NCBI GenBank assembly: GCA_905178155.1
Contig: CAJINV010000005.1
Coordinates: forward strand, 2,975,754 to 3,039,753
Reading direction: 5' to 3'
Origin: Amoebophrya sp. A120
Taxonomy: Eukaryota > Protista > Dinoflagellata
DNA: 64,000 nucleotides
The notes under the pieces were generated by a model. That model saw nothing but the letters and a program-made list of their open reading frames with translations. It did not search any database and was not told where the DNA came from. Position 1 is the first letter of the stretch. Each line of letters opens with the position of its first letter. This document shows positions 50,206 through 61,992 of this stretch, one piece after another. Both the position numbers and the translations under genes were made by a program.

Positions 50206-51507
50206 CTGTGAAATAAACCAACTTGTTCCGCAAAATTTTGTTCTTGCCACGAAACCTCCGCCTTTGTTCCAAAGCGAACACAAAATGGAATTTGTGAACA
50301 CAAAAGAAATCTTACAGTACAGCTTATTTCCCCTCTTGCAAATAAGTAGCGGTCGGACCTCGGTTTGCAGTTTCCCTCGACTACTACCTTCCGGCTGGGC
50401 TTGATTCCCGCACTTTTGCGTTGTCTATCTAAAGAACACAGTACAGCTGCGGCTACTAGGGTCGTCCTCCACTTGAATTGCTTCGCGCCAGCACTTGCAG
50501 TTCAAGAAAACGAACGCCATAACAAAGGAACCCACTACTTAGTACTTGCTTACCAAAGGCGTTTTTCAGGAAAATTTTTGTCCAGTCCTAGTGTTTTCTT
50601 TTCCTGAAAAAGGGTTTGTTGACTCACCTCAATGACGATTGTTTATTACGCGACCCGTGTAACAGACAGGCTCGCTTTTGGCGTTCTAACTCTACGGCAG
50701 ACGCCTCTGATCCATCCGCAAGGAAAACGCGGACTACTCGCACAGGCCGGTGGGAGCTGAGTCCTCGCTATGCCAAAGAACTTTTGTGAACTGTTTGAAA
50801 AAACTTTTATTTTCCAACGAGAAGATGAACCTCCTTTTCCGCTCGAGAATATCGATTTCGGACAATCTAATTATTATTTTGACGCAAGAAAGTAGACTTT
50901 GAAGTTGAGAAATTCCCGAAATGAAAAAAAGCACTCTTTCCCAACAAAACAACAGAACTTGCAGGCCTTTGGTCCTTTACCATTTGCAAGAATGGGCACA
51001 GAAGAGTTCTTGTAGTGCTGCGAATGTCCCTGTTTCGTCGCATTCGCAAAATGGTTTGCCTTGCTGTTGTACAGGATCTGGTTCCGGAGATGAAGTTCTT
51101 CTCTTTCATGAAAAGCTAAAGCAGATCTCAAGGTCAGCCGCGAAGATAGATCTCATGACATGAGAACAAAGGCGATCATATTGTTTCGCGAGATCAGAAA
51201 GAGGTCATAGAAGATACCCATAATGTCTCACCCTGATGGAGATCTTTGTCTATGGTTCGACTTTGGGTTTGATGTGAAAATAGAAGCAACGTAGCTACTT
51301 CACTCTCACTTACGACTCACTTTCTCTCTTCACCAGCGTTATGTTGTTATCCTGTTTCACGACATCAGTTCTTACACAGTAGAAGTACACAACGAACCAG
51401 TATCGCAGAGTAAAAAAACTGATAACCAACCGCGACAAGAACCGCACTGATATTAAAGGAACCCTGTCGAAGATAAGGAAGTTATTCATTCAGTAATTTC
51501 AAATTCG

Positions 51508-54318
51508 ATGACCACGGCCTCCCGGACCGCCGCCGCAGACCGCAGCCTGGCCCAAAACCTGAAAGCAAATATGACCGTTCCCCCGGCGTTTCCGTTCACG
51601 AAGGAGGTGTTGATAGACTTCCTATCCACCACCTCAACCGCGGTAGAAACACTGAAACTCGCTGAAGAGCAAAAATGGGACCACAACAGCGTCGTTGGGG
51701 CGGTGAAGAGTCTCCAAGCGACAGGAGCGATCACGGCGGAGGCAAAACAACGTAAGATTTTTCATATCGCGTGGGGGGCTGTTTCATGATCATGGTTCAT
51801 TTTTCGACGTCATGTGTATCAATTGTGCATTTCTTTGTTCATGAAAGAGCTCAGGAGCATCAGCATGATAATGTTTACATGTTATGGTCAACATCAACCC
51901 CAGATTCCGGGTGGCGGTGCACGGAAGAGGGCGAGAGGTGCGTGGCACAAGGGTCCCCCGAAATCCGAGTGGTCGCTGACGTGAAGAAGCACCCAAGCAC
52001 CACGCAGGATGAGATCACGAGCCGGCTGGGAAAGGACGTCGTGGCGGTCGGTTTCGGCCAGGCAATGAAGAACAAGTGGATTGAACAGGTGAGAAATTGT
52101 TTCTATATGAAGATCATCGAGGTCAAGATCGATGTTGACAGTGGAAAAAATCTTCATCAATATTAGTGCACACGCATTGATCAGATTCATGTTGATGAAA
52201 GTTGATCTATCAAAATCCATACCCCCCAAAAAAAAACGCAAAAAAAAAACAGAACAACCAGCAGCCGAAGAAGGAGCTCGCACCTGGAGAAAAGAAGGAG
52301 AAGGGTCCACCACCCACCTTTGTAGTAACAGCGAAGGGCGAGGCGCCGGTGGACGAGACGGCACAATTACTCTCGCAGGTCCAGTCCGGCGCACTCACAG
52401 ACGAAAAGACGCTGCAAGCGCTGAAGAAGAGAAAACTAATTGCGGTATCTATTGCTTTTCTACATCCACGATTTATTGTACTAGTCATGATGCGCTAATC
52501 GGAAGAAAGAGGAATAAGAGCGTCAATGTGACTGAGCAGCTGCAAATCAATGCGATGCAAAATAAGTACTTACAGCTGCTCGGAGCTGCTGGCGCCAGAA
52601 ACTTGAAAGAGCAGATGTGAAATAAGTGATTCTTCCACCTAATTATCTTCAGATGCAATCCTTGACGGGGTACCTGATTACCAAGGACGCCGCTTTCGAC
52701 AGCAAGGCCCGCGCGCAAAAAGGCATCGCGGAGCTGACCGAGGCACAGATCGCCTCGGGGGAGTGGAAGACCGCGAACTACAAGCCCCTCAACTTCCAGG
52801 CGCAGGGCGCCCAGCTCCCCGCGGGCCAGCTGCACCCCTTGCTGAAGGTGCGGGAGCACTACCGACGGACCTTCTTCCAGATGGGCTTTCAGGAGATGAA
52901 AACCAACCGCTTCGTCGAGTCTTCGTTCTGGAACTTTGACACGCTGTTCCAGCCGCAGCAGCACCCGGCCCGAGACGCGCACGACACCTTCTTCTGCGAG
53001 TCCCCGGAAGCGGCGAACGAGCACTTGATCCCAAAAGACTACCTGGAGGACGTCAAAACGATGCACGAAAAAGGAGGTATATAGATACTGATTCACTGAT
53101 ATGGTGCGGTCCTCTTGTGTTAGACGCTTGAATTTTGGAATTTGCATAATGGGAAAAACTTTTTTTATGCGACATCATGAACACAAAATCTAAATCTATC
53201 TCAAAACCCAGGCCACGGCTCCATCGGGTGGCGGTACACGTGGAGCAAGGAGGAATATCAAATGTAAAAATGTCTGGGTCTGGAAGATTGCCAGGTTTGT
53301 CATGCACGGTTTGCATGACGTGTGAGGTCTGTGATGCAGGCCCTAGCATCACAGATTCTGTGAGATCTTTACCATGCCTTTTCCGCATGAGAAACTGCCT
53401 CTCGGCCTTCTCAAAAGTGAACAGCTTTATTGGTAATCATGCAACACAGATTTTTGTATGATTCAGATTTGGCATGACAAGTTGTACTCTTCCAGACCCA
53501 GACATTTTTGCATTTCATAAGGAAGCCCTCACCACCATCCTCCGAACGCACACCACCGCCTGCACGTCCCGCGTCCTGTACGACCACGCGCAGAAGTGCA
53601 AGAGGAACGGCAAGTGGAAGCCGTTGAAGTGCTTTTCCGTCGACCGGGTCTTCCGCAACGAGACGCTGGATGCGACCCATTTGGCGGAGTTTCACCAGGC
53701 GGAGGGGTTCGTGGCGGACAAAAACCTTACGCTCGGGCATTTGATCGGCTTGTTCAAGGAGTTCTTCAGCCACATCAACATAAAAAACCTGAAGTTCAAA
53801 CCCGCCTACAACCCCTACACGGAACCAAGTACTTACTTACCTGCTGCTGTGTTGGTTTCTTTGTTTGTATAATGCAGTTGGTCATAATTGGTACTGAAAC
53901 CATAGACGAAGTACACGCATGAAAAGAAGTTTTAAAATCACGATAGCGGCATTCACAAAAATCATGATGAAAAATATTAAACTGCCGCTTCCACCCAGGT
54001 ATGGAGATCTTCGGGTACCACCCCGGTCTGAAGAAAACCATCGAGATCGGGAATTCCGGTGTGTTCCGACCGGAGATGCTGCGACCCATGGGGCTGCCGG
54101 AAGACGTCCGCGTGATCGCCTGGGGCCTGTCGCTCGAGCGGCCGACCATGATCCTGTACGGGATTAAAAACATCCGGGACTTGGTCGGGGAGAAGATCGA
54201 CGTGAACACCCTGCGACAAAACCCCGTCTGCTGGTTCCCAGAGCCGGAAGAAGCAGAGGACGGGAACAATAAATCCACCACACCAAACGGAACGACGGAG
54301 CAGAACAATCGGGTGTGA
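51508..54318 (+). CDS. FARSA: Phenylalanine-tRNA ligase alpha subunit (cytosolic)
   Basis: [68 protein letters not shown] and [11 protein letters not shown]. Confidence 0.97.
53256..53519. mobile_element. TIR introner, family A, in PheRS alpha
   Basis: DR AGGAA. Removal restores [20 protein letters not shown]. Confidence 0.94.
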
Positions 54319-55240
54319 TGAGGACGACGTCATGATGGTGTCCCCTTGAACTTCTGCGCAGCGGAGGTTCAAGAACCACGACCAATTTTCATGTTCCTGA
54401 AGAAAGGCAGGAATCCGTGAGGGGATAATTGCTGCTTCGAAAAAACCTGTGAAGATGTCTTGACGCCCGAAGTAAGTAAAACAGATTATGTGAGAGTTCC
54501 ACATTTGGAATAGTGCGCGCGCTGATTGAGTACAGCGGATTGGAATTATGCTCGTGCTCGTCGCACCTTGGCGAAAATTGGGAACTTGAATACGTTCTCT
54601 GAGCAGATCGGTGTTCTTTCAGTATTGTGGATTGTACTTAAGTATTTACTTCGTTCGGGATCGACAAAGTCAAGAGACAGTCTCTCTGTTGAAGTCGTTG
54701 GCGCCGTAGTTCGTTACGCAAAATAAACGCCTGATGTATTTCCAGTCGTAAACCAACGTTGTTGTCGTGTAGGAAACAAAACTTCGTAGCACCGAAGCCG
54801 GAGTTTCTACGTATTTTTTCTCGCGAGGAAAAGAGGGGTGGAGTAATTCGTACATGATAGTCGTGAAATTAGATCTGAAACTCAAGCAAATTCATCTATG
54901 TAAAGTGATCCTGCCGCGCAAAGTAAGCCGAACTTTGATATCATCTGGACAAATTGATATCCAGTAGAGAAAAATTTTTTTTTCGTCAAGAGGGAGGACA
55001 AGAGGAAGAAGTAAACAGAAAATCAGCACATTGGGGCGGCCTGCGCGCTCGGGCGCGGTCTTGTCTATCAGGACACGCCGAATCCGACCGCGGACGTCGG
55101 ATCGCCACCGGGCCCGGAAGCTTGTCCTTCACAGCGAGGACAACAGACATCGAGATCATGGTACAGTGTCGACCTGCAGATGTACACAGTGGCACAGTCA
55201 AAAATGCTGCTATTGTTCTCAAAAGTTCTCTGTATTGAAG

Positions 55241-57010
55241 ATGTCATCTTCCAGATCCAAAAATCGAATAACAGGTGTTGTTGGAGCTGCGGTCTCTGCT
55301 GCGTTTTCTGCTCTCCTTCGTTTTCACCTGCGCATCCGTGGAAGCCGAGAAAGCAAAGGATGGGGAACTGGGCGCGTCGCAGGAGCGAAGCCGAAGCCAC
55401 GATGTGAAAAGCTGGAGGACAACAAAATCGGGGATGATGCTGAGTACTCGGATTCTGCCGCGTACGACCAACCTGGCGACGAGACCGCGTTTCTGGAACA
55501 GGCGGAGCAGCGCGAGGGTCAAGCAGCGCAGGGGACTGCAGCAAGTTCAGCGGCAACGGCAGGTGGGAAGGACCTTAGCGAAGCTGGTGGGCAACACCTG
55601 AGCGAGGAGCAAAGGCACCAGTTGACCGAGGACACTTTCGCCGACATCACGAAGATGTACGAGAACTACCAAAAGCGTGTGGTCCTGCAGAAGGAGCGGG
55701 CCGAGGTTATGGCTCTCTCACACATTGCATTGATCGCTGTTACGTGTTCCATTTGTCATGTAAAATCGCTATCAGCCTCCAGGCGATTGAGCTACTTCGC
55801 ATGACAATGTGTTCTCAACGCGCTCATTAGCATGGAATATTCATATTGTAGTTCCACTTTTGCGATGCGAGACGCGCAAACCCCCTCCTTTCACTTTTGG
55901 AATTGTTGCATTGCAGACTCATGTGACCGCTATCAATGCAACATGTGAGAACTCCATAGAGGTGAGGAAACGGCTTGCGGTCGGAGCTGGGATGTCGGAG
56001 TACGACGCAGTGGTGGCTGGGAAAGTGAAGTCGGAAACAGGTATTGTAAATATATTGTGTTTGATTTTCCTTTGGAATGAAACGTGCGCCAAGGAAATCA
56101 AAATTTTGATTCGTTTGTAGTCTGATGTTGGAATTGAAGGTGTAGCAAAAAAATAAAACAAAATGTTGAAAACCCCTGTGTCTACTTCCAGGTACGTGGG
56201 ATGTGTTCGTCGAGTTGTACAGCAGCGGGGTGCTGCGCACTTTCCGGGAGCGGGACGGCAACCGTGATTTTTTCGTAGATGCGGCCGAGAACGCGGACAC
56301 CTGCCCCATGCGTGAGGTCGACACGAACCAGGACGCGAAAATCAGCCCCGTTGAGCTGCACCAGTACTGCCTGGCGGGAGGGGATGCGGGGAGGTTACAG
56401 GCAGAGGTATCGACTGTTCCTGCGTGTCATGCGGATATGATTTTTTCAGTTGAGCAGACAAGCGGATGTTTGTAGTGAGGATGTGCTCATTGATTTTGTT
56501 TGATCTGTCGATGCGCCACGTTCGTCGGGGCCTGCAAAGCTGGTTTCTCAGATTTCTATAATGGATTGTTTTCCAAACCTCCACTTATCTCAATTTTTTT
56601 AGGTTCCCCCCAACGCAGAATCGGCAAGCATGATGGAATTGAGCGGCATGTCTCAGTGGAACCCGTTTGGGCCGCGGTGCTGCATGGCTACACCAGCTGA
56701 GGAGGAGGAACTGGTGACGCCTCAGGCTCTGGCGGAGATGTCCCCGCATCAGATCGCAAATCTGCGCCCTTGCCAAGAAGTCGCCTATGACACGAACCCG
56801 AACGAGCGAGACCCAGCAGAAGATGGCGGGACCCTGTATGGCGTTGCACGCGGCAACGGGGTCAACTTCATTCAACCGGGAGGCCATGGCGGACATTACT
56901 ACAGAAGTCACACCAATCGATATCACGAAGGCAATCCATTTCCAAACCGCCAACAATTTGTGCCATACTCGGGTCCAGGGCATCGGCTGGGAGCAGATGC
57001 TGACGCGTAG
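55241..57010 (+). CDS. Multi-exon putative secreted EF-hand-like protein
   Basis: Hydrophobic N-terminus; DGNRDFFVDAAE and DTNQDAKISPVE loops; GT-AG introns. Confidence 0.6.
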
Positions 57011-57908
57011 AGATCAATAGAAATGAAAGGAGAAAGCACATGCTCAAAAAAGGCGCAACAATGAGTATGATAAACCAAGGGTTGTATTATTTTAGCTGCA
57101 CGCATTGGTATTCAGATTCACCTCTCGTGCATCCTTTCAAGTGCGACAATGAAAACCCGTCTCCTGTTTGACAAAATCGCCTTTTGGGAGGCGACGTCAT
57201 AATGTGCCAAAAAATATTAAATTGACGCAACACTAATAAAGTTGACTGCTGTGCGAAAATCGGGTTTGACAGCCTATCCCCTGGAGGTTCAGCGTTATGC
57301 AGTGGTGTTCCTCAAACACTTGCTTGCGCGGTGCAGAATTCACAAAAAGTCTATTTTTTGAGGGGACTTAGTCTCCGGATTCAAAAGCGCCGGCAGGACA
57401 AGGCGATAACTCGCAGATGTTCAGACGCGAGTGTTTGGGTCATTGCTTCCCAACACTGCTTCTCTAATATGTAAACCTCAAAAAATTCCAAGTAGCGACG
57501 CCAAAGCCGCAATTTGCAATTCCGGGCGTTTCTCGAGCGATCATGTGACCACTGATTCACGAAGTAATGTTCTTGTGATGTCGAAAGAGACTAAGTCTGT
57601 TCGTTCTTCATTTCTGTCTTGTAAAAATCGATGACAGCTTCATTTGTCGACATTCATGCCGCGGTAGCGCCGGAAGGAGCAAGTGACATCCGATGCGCAC
57701 AAGGGCAGGAGAGCGTGGAGGAATTATGGGGTAAGAAAACCAAAACCGCTGCGGTTGTTGGCGTCTTTAGTTTACCGTGATTTTGCTCTGCATGCTTTCT
57801 TTTTGCCTGGTTTTTCAATACTCGTCTGAAGAGAGGGAGGATATGCATAAATGTGTTGTAAAACTGTGGTGAAAGTTAGGCGTATCTATCAATTTCAAAT
57901 CAGCCACC

Positions 57909-59384
57909 GTGCCTACCCTCCTGATCGACGCGCCGAGGCAGGCGAGGGCGGATTTTACGACCGCATCCTGCTCCGGCACCATAAAGCCGCTCACTTCCAC
58001 TCCTTCGTCTGATCACGACCATCCCAGGTTTGGCCTGCGGCCGTCAGATTTGCTGCCGGATGGGGAACAGCGAGAGCATCGAATAAATGCGCCACGAACA
58101 ACAGAACGAAATCGAAATCCGGTGGACGTAGAAGAAAAATGCGTTCCCTTGCAAGCCGACTTGGCTTTGTTTGCCGCTGCTGCTGCTGCTAGCTCGACCT
58201 GTGGGCAGGAGGACGATAACCTTGCTCGCCAATTCCAACTTGCCACAGCAGCCGACATTGGTGATGATGCACAGCAGCTGCAGTTCTCCGATCTTTTCCC
58301 TTTGGACAGTGGTACAGTTTTGCCCGATGCCAGCACGGCCTCAGCTGATGTTGTCGGCAGCATGAATCCCCCGGGCTGCTTGTTGGAGGAAGCAGATTCT
58401 TCCACCTCTGAAGAGGAGTCAGGGTCCGAGAGTGACGGAGACTTTTACGACAGGTCGCAAGACGGAACCTCTCATGCTCCGACGATCACGGGGACGAATC
58501 GTCAGAATCCGACAAGAGCAACAAGTCGTCGCTCGTTACTAAACACCGCCGATGGCATCGAAACGTTGCGACAGAAAATCACGGAATCGCTGGAGGAAGT
58601 GGGAAAGACGAGGGCGGAGATTTCCAAGGTGTTTTTGCGGTATAGCAAGGGGAGGAGTTCAAGCTCCTCTACTGCATCAACCACGGCTGCGACGCCCAAT
58701 ACGACAGGAACTGCGGTCGTCGAACCAACTGAACATGCAGCAGGAATAAGCAACAGCGAAGATGAAGACGACGATTTGTTCGACCTTCTAATCAGCGAAC
58801 ACCAGCAGCAGCAGCAGCAGGCTGTGACGACGCCCGCTACTTCCGCAGCAACTTCAGCAACTGCGATGCAAGTGGAAGGAGGACAGCAGCCACACGTGGA
58901 GGGAAAAACTACGAGATCCGCTGCTACACTTGCGGCGCAAGATAATTTGCGAAAGGAGCAGAAAGAGCGGAAACTGAAAGAAGCGTACAGGGCGCTCTGG
59001 ACCACGGCATCGTCGGGAACGGGGAGCGAGGGAAATGGAACTACGAAGGCTGCTGGTATCGCAGCGGATGTCTACGCAGGGAACAACACTAATGGCAGTA
59101 ACACGAAAAGGACCGCTTTTCTGACGGAGGGTTTACGGAAACTCTGTATCGACGCAGCGTTGGAGGAAAAAAAAAGTGAGAAGAACGTGTACGAGGGCCC
59201 TACTGACCAAATCCCAGCTGCTCCCGCGTCTACTTCCGCCAGCATAACACCAGTACCCACCTCAACAGCACCTCTCGACCCCGGCCGTCTCGTGCGCGAA
59301 TTCGAGCGAGGCACGGTGGACAGTACTGTTTTTGAGAACGAACTTCCACCAGCAGGCGATTTGCACCACCATTTCAAATCGTGA
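57909..59384 (+). CDS. Low-complexity hypothetical protein (start uncertain)
   Basis: 491-codon open frame on the strand of the gene block, with acidic/Ser/Thr/Gln tracts and coiled-coil-like segments. Confidence 0.55.
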   Translation: MPTLLIDAPRQARADFTTASCSGTIKPLTSTPSSDHDHPRFGLRPSDLLPDGEQREHRINAPRTTERNRNPVDVEEKCVPLQADLALFAAAAAASSTCGQEDDNLARQFQLATAADIGDDAQQLQFSDLFPLDSGTVLPDASTASADVVGSMNPPGCLLEEADSSTSEEESGSESDGDFYDRSQDGTSHAPTITGTNRQNPTRATSRRSLLNTADGIETLRQKITESLEEVGKTRAEISKVFLRYSKGRSSSSSTASTTAATPNTTGTAVVEPTEHAAGISNSEDEDDDLFDLLISEHQQQQQQAVTTPATSAATSATAMQVEGGQQPHVEGKTTRSAATLAAQDNLRKEQKERKLKEAYRALWTTASSGTGSEGNGTTKAAGIAADVYAGNNTNGSNTKRTAFLTEGLRKLCIDAALEEKKSEKNVYEGPTDQIPAAPASTSASITPVPTSTAPLDPGRLVREFERGTVDSTVFENELPPAGDLHHHFKS

Positions 59385-59873
59385 TCTTGGAAAGAGCGTC
59401 GATATTGTACGAGAAAAATTTATCATCTCGCGATTCATGTGTGAATCACAGCTGCACGACTCGTCTTTGTGACCTAGTTTCAAAGAATCTCAATCAACCC
59501 ACGTACAAGAAAGATTGCAAATTTCATTCAGCGTTCCCTTACAGCAGAGCAACACGCACCGACGGTGAAATCGAAATGCCACTACAGAATCACACGACCA
59601 CTTTAATTCAAAATGTTCTGGATCACAGCGGATTCATTGGGTTCATAGTAAATGCAGTGATCGTGTTTTGCTAATCTTTGCTACCGGTAACATAACCATA
59701 ATTTTGTGAAACTCACGTGACCTCAGCGACACATCGCCGTTAGGAAAAAGACAGAGCAGCACTAGCAGTCTAAAATTCATAGTACGGAAACAAGAACTGC
59801 TCGAAGGTAACTTTACACCACCAAACAGAAAGTGACTCTTTCCTTCCTCCCTCCCCCCGCCTATAAACCCAAA

Positions 59874-60917
59874 ATGACCGCCACCGCCGGTTCCACCGCG
59901 GCGCACTCCGTGGCGGAGCAGGCTGCCAAGCGAACAACCGCAGCTGCAGCAATTTCAGGAGCAAAGCCGACGTATTCCAAGCCGGTCACCGAGTTTTGGC
60001 AGAAGCACTTGACGGAACAGTCCCGCGACGGGTGGTACAAGAAGGCCATTGACTACTGGGACCAGCAGGAAGCGTCGGTGAACGGTGTTTTAGGCGGGTT
60101 CGGCCACACCAGCGCACAGGATCTGCGGGAGAGCAAGCGGCTGTTGCAGATTTTGAAGGGCCGGAAGGATTTGAGCATGGAGTTTAACACGGTGCTGGAT
60201 TGCGGCGCGGGCATCGGGAGGATCAGTAACGGGTTGCTGTTGCAGGAGTTCAAAGCCGTGGACTTGCTGGAACCGTGTCAAAAACTCTTCAACCAGGCGA
60301 AGAAGGAAAACGCGGAAAAAATCCGGTTTTTCTTCCAGAAATCCTTGCAAAATTTCCAATTTTCGGTCGAGGAGATCGACGGAGCGAGTTGTGGAGGTAC
60401 TGGCGTGACTACATTAAGTAGTGCAGCAACGACTTCTGCAACATCTCCTTCTGCTAGCGCAACTTCAGGGATGAACAACTCCACGAGCACGAGCTCTAGT
60501 ACAGCGGCACCTCCGGCCGCTGCAGCTCTCGGTATCAATGATAAGATCAGAGAGCTCTCCTCCACCTCCCTGCAGTACGACTGTATTTGGAACCAGTGGG
60601 TCTTGCTCTACTTGACCGACGACGATTTGATCACGTATTTGCAAAAGTGCCAGCGGCAGTTGACCAAGCCGGGCGGGTTCATGTTTGTCAAGGAGAACGT
60701 GTTGTTACCGCCGGCAGGATCGGTGGACAGAAGCCACCCGGCCTGGACCAAGTACGAGAAGGGCATGGAGATCGACGAGGACGACAACGGCGTCACGCGG
60801 AGCGACGATCGCTACCGGGAGCTGTTCGAAAAGGCGGGATTGGAATTGATCTGTGCGGTGAAACAGGCCAATTGGCCGAAAGATTTGTACCCGATCTACA
60901 TGTATGTACTGAGATGA
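59874..60917 (+). CDS. NTMT1: Alpha N-terminal protein methyltransferase (NTM1/Tae1 family), intronless
   Basis: WYKKAIDYW...VNGVLGGFG, LDCGAGIGRI, YDCIWNQWVLLYLTDDD, VKEN, DDNGVTRS and WPKDLYPIYMYVLR. Confidence 0.95.
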   Translation: MTATAGSTAAHSVAEQAAKRTTAAAAISGAKPTYSKPVTEFWQKHLTEQSRDGWYKKAIDYWDQQEASVNGVLGGFGHTSAQDLRESKRLLQILKGRKDLSMEFNTVLDCGAGIGRISNGLLLQEFKAVDLLEPCQKLFNQAKKENAEKIRFFFQKSLQNFQFSVEEIDGASCGGTGVTTLSSAATTSATSPSASATSGMNNSTSTSSSTAAPPAAAALGINDKIRELSSTSLQYDCIWNQWVLLYLTDDDLITYLQKCQRQLTKPGGFMFVKENVLLPPAGSVDRSHPAWTKYEKGMEIDEDDNGVTRSDDRYRELFEKAGLELICAVKQANWPKDLYPIYMYVLR

Positions 60918-61992
60918 GATGATTTTGAAGGGAAGTCGATTCATGTCGCGAGGTAGCGCAAGGTCATTTGGGCGAGTCCATTTAAGTATTAAATCACCAA
61001 CATTTGCGGCTTTAACACAACAACGGCCACTAATGCTGAAGACAAGTTGAATAAGAAAAACAGCGTAATTGTCGCGCCTTTGATTGTGATTTTTTTGGGA
61101 TGACTTGGCGTTCGCGGTTCTTCTTGTTCTGAGTATGACTTGGTGTTCGGGGCCAGCCGGGGGCGGGCAGCTTTTACGCGCCCACGCGCTACCGCAGGCT
61201 CGGCGGCGCGCTGGTTGTGGGCCGCGCGCGCCTTTTGTTAGTTCCTTGGTGGCGGCTTGTCCGGGGGGCGCTCGGGCTCTCACTTCGGCGCAGCGTCTTT
61301 GCGGCCGCGTTCTGGCGGGGGGCGCCAGGTGGCATGCTCCGCCCTGAGCCCCTCATGCGTGCGATTGCGTATGAATAGTAAAGCTTTCGGAGGGTCAGGC
61401 AAGACCTGCAACGCCAAGGGCCAGCTGCAGGCGGAATTGTTCGGCGTATGCAATTGCAGAGGAGTGCTTGTGTTGCCGGTTTGTGTACAGCGAAGCGAGA
61501 GGCACTTGCTGCCGCCTTGTGCAGAGGATTACTTGATGCGTACAACGAGAGAGAGAATTGTAGAGACGGTTTTGATTCTCTAGCCGGGACGCAGGCTTAC
61601 GTTTGAGAGACGGCATCGCTGACGCAGGCTCAGTAGCGGTACGACTGGCGTTTGAGAGATGCAGCTATGAGCGTGTAAGTGTCTAGATCAGGATTTGCGA
61701 GTCATTAAAACAAGCGCTCGCAGGAGATGCCGTTGCCGAAGCCTTTAATATATGGCGTTACCAAAAACGTGATGGCGTCGTAGTAGGTGGAGACGTCGAC
61801 AAATGGAATTCCTTGCGTATGTGTCGTTTTTTAAAAGATGTTGAAGACCTGACGCAACGACCGCAATCCGCGATTCTACGTGCTCCAGCTTGAATTTGTT
61901 TCCTGCAAGTCGCCGCCTGCAGGCAGCAGAGCTGCGTGCTTTGCGCTACTGGAAGTTATTTTCAAGCGACAGCCCCATCAACTTTCGAAAAA

